Positions 60,789 to 64,000 of a DNA stretch of 64,000 bases are shown piece after piece. Source of the stretch: Thermoanaerobaculia bacterium (GTDB taxonomy: Bacteria > Acidobacteriota > Thermoanaerobaculia > UBA5066 > Gp7-AA6); NCBI GenBank assembly GCA_041481715.1, contig JBGPCK010000002.1:6615-70614 (forward strand). Direction: 5' to 3'. The notes under the pieces are model-generated. The model made no database searches. It was not told where the DNA came from and was given only the letters and a program-made list of their open reading frames with translations. Within the stretch, counting starts at the first letter, position 1. Each line of letters starts with the position of its first letter. A program made the position numbers and the translations under genes.

Positions 60789-62891
60789 CTAAGTTAGCAC
60801 TTCGCGGCCGGTCCGGGTCGCAAAAAGAATCAGCGCGAGCACGCCGGCGACCGAGAGGCCCAGACCCTGCCAGAGGCCCCGCGGGTGATACTCGAAGACG
60901 ACGCGGTGATTTCCCGCCGGAACACGCACGCCGCGAAAGGCGTAATCCGTGCGAAAGACCTCGGCCGGCCGCCCTTCCAGCCGCGCCTTCCATCCCTCTT
61001 CGTATGCGTCGAAGAGCACCAGCACCCGCTCGCCCGGCGCGCTCGTCGCAAGCTCCAGCCGCGCGGGGCGGCGCGAGAGGAGCCGAACCACGCCCGAGGG
61101 CTGCGCACCCCCGGCCGAAAACGGCGGCGCACCCTCGACGACCGCGACCCGGCGGGGATCGAGGCCCGGGGCGAGCGTCGTAGCCAGGACCGCCGCCGGA
61201 GCCGGCGCGATCGCCTCCGAGACGAGAAGAGCCCGAGGCAGCGCCGCGAGGGTCCGCACCTCGAGACCAGGCGGCGCCGGTGAGGGCGATCCGGCCTCTT
61301 GCGGCCGCGCGATCACGACCGCGCCGACGCCGGCGAGCTCGGCCGCGCGCGCGCTGGGCGGCAGGAAAATCTTCTCCGTCGCCTCGAGCGGAGGCCCCCC
61401 GCCCGAAACCGACTCCAGACCGAAGCGGATCGCAAGCGCGCCCTGGAGTGGCTCACGGCGCCGGGCGACCGCGGGCTTTTCCGAATCAGGGTAAGCGAGC
61501 AGGTTCAGGGCAGGGGCGAGCGACCAGAGGCGGCGGGGGAATCCCGCCTCGTCCTTACCGAGCACGCGGCGCAACTGCGACACGACCTCAGGTTCCGCTG
61601 TCGCGAGCGCGGCAGGAGCCGTCGGGGCGGCGCGCCGGGCGTGCCAGGTCAGATCCGCCGCAATGAAAACCAGCACCGCCAGAGCGAACGGGCGAGCGCG
61701 CGGGAGCCTCCGCAGGATGGCGGCCAGCGAGAGCGCCGAACCAAGCGCCAGAGCGAGCGACCAGGAGACGAGGTACCGCGCCGGCACCCGAAATCCCCGG
61801 ATCAGCGGAAGACCCGCGACGAACCGATAGAGACCCTTCTCGCCGAAGGCGAAGAGGAGGCCAACGAGCCCTCCGGCGAAAAGGGCCAGGAACAGAGCGC
61901 GGGGAAAGCCAGGCTCGTTACGCAGCGCGAGCGCGATCCCCGCCAGAAACAGCAGCCCCGTGGCGAGCCCCGGGTATGCCGCGGCCTCGGGCCAGCGCGG
62001 AGCGCCGTCCACCGGCAGGAAAACGAGGTCCAGGCCTTCTCCCACGCCGATCGGGTTGAGGTCGCGATCCGCGCGAGAGAGACCTCCCGCGCGCGACATC
62101 TCCGGGTAGAGCGCGGCGCTCGGCAGAAGCGAGGCTCCTCCCAGCGCCAGCGCCAGGGCCGCCGCGAGAGCCAGATCGGCGCTCGCCCGGAGGCGTCCCT
62201 GCGCGAGAAGGACGCCGGCGAGCGCGGCCGCCGCCACGAGGGGCGCCGCCCCGAGCATCACATGGGGGCGCGCCGCCAGGATCGCCAACCCGCCCGAGAC
62301 GGCGGCGATCGGCACGCCGGACCGCGGCCGGCCGCGGGCGACGCGGAAGATCCCGAGAAGGGTGAGCGGCAACAGCGCCGAGACGGCAACCGCGTTGGGC
62401 CAGATGGCGCTCTGGATGAGGCGCGCCGAGAGCATCCAGGCGACTCCCCCGAAGAGGGCGGAGAAGTCGTCCGCGTCCAGGTCCCGAAGCAGCAGGTACG
62501 CGGCGAACCCGGCCAGCCAATAGTGAAAGAGAGAGAAGAGGTCCGACAGGCGCTCGACCGGCGCGCCCGTCAGCAGCAGCGGCACGGTCAGGGGGTAGAA
62601 GACCGGCGCCTCCTGATGAAACAACATCGGGTGCCCGCAATACTCGCCGTCGATCCAGAAGGGCGGATCTCCGTTGCGGAGCGACTCCTGCGTGACCTGC
62701 CAGACCGGCAGGTGCTCGTAGCGCAGGTCCAGGTGGAAGAAGTGGCGCGCCCCCGAAACGACCGGCCAGAACGCGACCACGACGAGCACCGCGAGCAGAA
62801 GGCCCGCGATGGAGACCGACCGGGGAAGCGTGGAGCCGAACGATAGGCCGGGGTTCGTGCCGCTTGCCCGGCCTCGGAATGCCAGACTCAC
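60789..62891 (-). CDS. YfhO-like GT-C membrane glycosyltransferase
   Basis: The GTG start lies 4 nt after the SDR stop. The signature is FFHLDLRYEHLPVWQVTQESLRNGDPPFWIDGEYCGHPMLFHQEAPVFYP, with the C-terminal YEEGWKARLEGRPAEVF...VPAGNHRVVFEYHP domain. Confidence 0.75.
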   Translation of the reverse strand: MSLAFRGRASGTNPGLSFGSTLPRSVSIAGLLLAVLVVVAFWPVVSGARHFFHLDLRYEHLPVWQVTQESLRNGDPPFWIDGEYCGHPMLFHQEAPVFYPLTVPLLLTGAPVERLSDLFSLFHYWLAGFAAYLLLRDLDADDFSALFGGVAWMLSARLIQSAIWPNAVAVSALLPLTLLGIFRVARGRPRSGVPIAAVSGGLAILAARPHVMLGAAPLVAAAALAGVLLAQGRLRASADLALAAALALALGGASLLPSAALYPEMSRAGGLSRADRDLNPIGVGEGLDLVFLPVDGAPRWPEAAAYPGLATGLLFLAGIALALRNEPGFPRALFLALFAGGLVGLLFAFGEKGLYRFVAGLPLIRGFRVPARYLVSWSLALALGSALSLAAILRRLPRARPFALAVLVFIAADLTWHARRAAPTAPAALATAEPEVVSQLRRVLGKDEAGFPRRLWSLAPALNLLAYPDSEKPAVARRREPLQGALAIRFGLESVSGGGPPLEATEKIFLPPSARAAELAGVGAVVIARPQEAGSPSPAPPGLEVRTLAALPRALLVSEAIAPAPAAVLATTLAPGLDPRRVAVVEGAPPFSAGGAQPSGVVRLLSRRPARLELATSAPGERVLVLFDAYEEGWKARLEGRPAEVFRTDYAFRGVRVPAGNHRVVFEYHPRGLWQGLGLSVAGVLALILFATRTGREVLT

Positions 62892-62895
62892 CCGC

Positions 62896-63738
62896 CTACG
62901 GCATCACCTGGCCGCCGTCGATCACGAGGGCTTGCCCGGTGACGTTCTTGGCCTCGTCGGAGGCGAGGTACACGGCGAGCCCCGCGACCTCCTCCGGATC
63001 GAGCACGCGGCCGAGCGGCGTCCCTTTTGCCGCGACCTCCCGTCCGGTTTCCTCTCCGCCGCCCTTGGCGCGTCCGATGCGGCCGAAACCGTCGCGGGCC
63101 ATGTCCGTCTCCACCCACCCTGGGCACAGTGCGTTGACGGTGATCCGGCGGGGGGCGAGCTCCAGCGCGAGCGCCCGGGTCAGTCCGATGACGCCGTGCT
63201 TCGAGGCGCAGTACGCGGCGAAGCCAGGCACGGCGAAGCGCCCCAGCACCGAAGAGAGGTTGATGATCCGGCCTCCCTTGGGGATGAATGGGGCCGCCTC
63301 GCGAGTGACGCGAAAGACCGCGGTCAGGTTCGTGGCCAGGATCACGTTCCAGCGGGAGTCGTCCGGATCGTCGAGCGGCGTCGGACCTCCCACCCCGGCG
63401 TTGTTGACGAGGATGTCGATGCGTCCCCAGCGGGCCGCGACGGACGCGATGGCACCGGAGACGGAGACCGGCAAGGTCACGTCGCATCCCACCGAGATGG
63501 CCTCGCCACCCGCCTGGGAGATCTCGACCGCAATCCGTTCGCAGGCCGCTTCGTCCCGCGCCGCGAGCACCACGCGTGCGCCCTCGGCGCTAAAGCGTCG
63601 CGCGATCGCCTCTCCGATCCCCCGCGAGGCCCCGGTGACGAGAGCCACGCGCTCCGCCAGACGCCGCGCCGCCGGCCGGCTGGCCGAATCGGTCTTTCGC
63701 CGGTGCGGGGACGTGTCGTCGAGGTCGCGCGGCGTCAT
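62896..63738 (-). CDS. Classical short-chain dehydrogenase/reductase (FabG-like)
   Basis: The SDR motifs are VALVTGASRGIG, NNAG and YCASKHGVIGLTRALALE. The N-terminal ~28 aa may not be translated, so the start is uncertain. Confidence 0.85.
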   Translation of the reverse strand: MTPRDLDDTSPHRRKTDSASRPAARRLAERVALVTGASRGIGEAIARRFSAEGARVVLAARDEAACERIAVEISQAGGEAISVGCDVTLPVSVSGAIASVAARWGRIDILVNNAGVGGPTPLDDPDDSRWNVILATNLTAVFRVTREAAPFIPKGGRIINLSSVLGRFAVPGFAAYCASKHGVIGLTRALALELAPRRITVNALCPGWVETDMARDGFGRIGRAKGGGEETGREVAAKGTPLGRVLDPEEVAGLAVYLASDEAKNVTGQALVIDGGQVMP

Positions 63739-63841
63739 GGCATGGTGAGGGAACAGAGGCGGCCGATTCTACCCTGCACTCTGCACCCTCCATCTCCTCC
63801 GGGCGCAAACGGAGGGGCGATGCCAACACGGGGTCGCCGGG

Positions 63842-64000
63842 TTACCGGCCGCGGTCGGACAGGCGAAATTCCTCGACCCGCTGCTCCCGATGAAACAGCG
63901 ACCCCTCGAGGGCGCAGGTATCACACAGCCCTGCCTCGGCGGGACGCCGGCACCCTTCGTTAGCGCAGACCCCTGGTCTTGTCTCGTCCTTCCGGCCCGG
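63842..64000 (-). CDS. C-terminal end of a gene entering from the right window edge (partial), with a CxxxxC...CxxC motif
   Basis: The minus-strand frame is open from the window edge and reads ...PGVCANEGCRRPAEAGLCDTCALEGSLFHREQRVEEFRLSDRGR*, with a TAA stop at 63844..63842. It is not in the ORF track because no start lies in the window. Confidence 0.35.
   Translation of the reverse strand, partial: PGRKDETRPGVCANEGCRRPAEAGLCDTCALEGSLFHREQRVEEFRLSDRGR

Overview
This is a very GC-rich (about 70% by eye), densely coded bacterial chromosomal window with about 55 protein genes. I recognised no rRNA, tRNA, CRISPR array, transposase or integrase. The left 15 kb holds ordinary or accessory genes: a SprT-like protease, a frameshifted S58 peptidase run into an EamA transporter, a family III CoA-transferase, a peptide-type SBP lipoprotein, a DEDDy exonuclease, PilZ, DUF1326, an RmlC-like cupin, deoC with two aldehyde dehydrogenases, and HU. 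The main feature lies at 15.2-47.4 kb, with an outlier at 60.8-62.9 kb. It is an envelope-glycosylation supercluster with 11 large GT-C-type membrane glycosyltransferase genes from four families: 5 YfhO-like, 3 PMT_2/ArnT-like, 2 DUF2029/GT87-like and 1 STT3/AglB-like with a degenerate WWDYG motif. The cluster also contains three polyprenyl-phosphate sugar synthase-type GT2 genes (one fused to a SAM methyltransferase), a complete arnB-arnC-arnA(split)-arnD aminoarabinose arm, a PAP2 phosphatase and a Wzm/Wzt exporter. A pilin-pilin-YfhO-PilD operon sits at its left edge. I recognised no Wzx, Wzy or WaaL and no cytoplasmic polymerising GTs, so I read the region as a candidate periplasmic glycan assembly or protein-glycosylation system of undescribed specificity. 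The right part holds a MacB/Att-type ABC transporter whose ATPase is separated from its permease and lipocalin genes by a ramB-like regulator and aceB-aceA. It also holds two paralogous exported proteins, an APC permease, HAD and PqqC/TenA-like genes, and an SDR. Non-coding highlights are a 117-124 bp MITE/REP-like palindromic element (3 copies) whose termini coincide with stop codons, a second 60-nt repeat, and heptanucleotide tandem repeats made of -35-like TGACA units in a divergent glycosyltransferase promoter. Inverted repeats bracket one GT-C gene, and a -10-like box recurs 6-11 nt upstream of start codons that lack a Shine-Dalgarno sequence, which suggests leaderless mRNAs. All family assignments come from motif recognition by eye, since no searches could be run.
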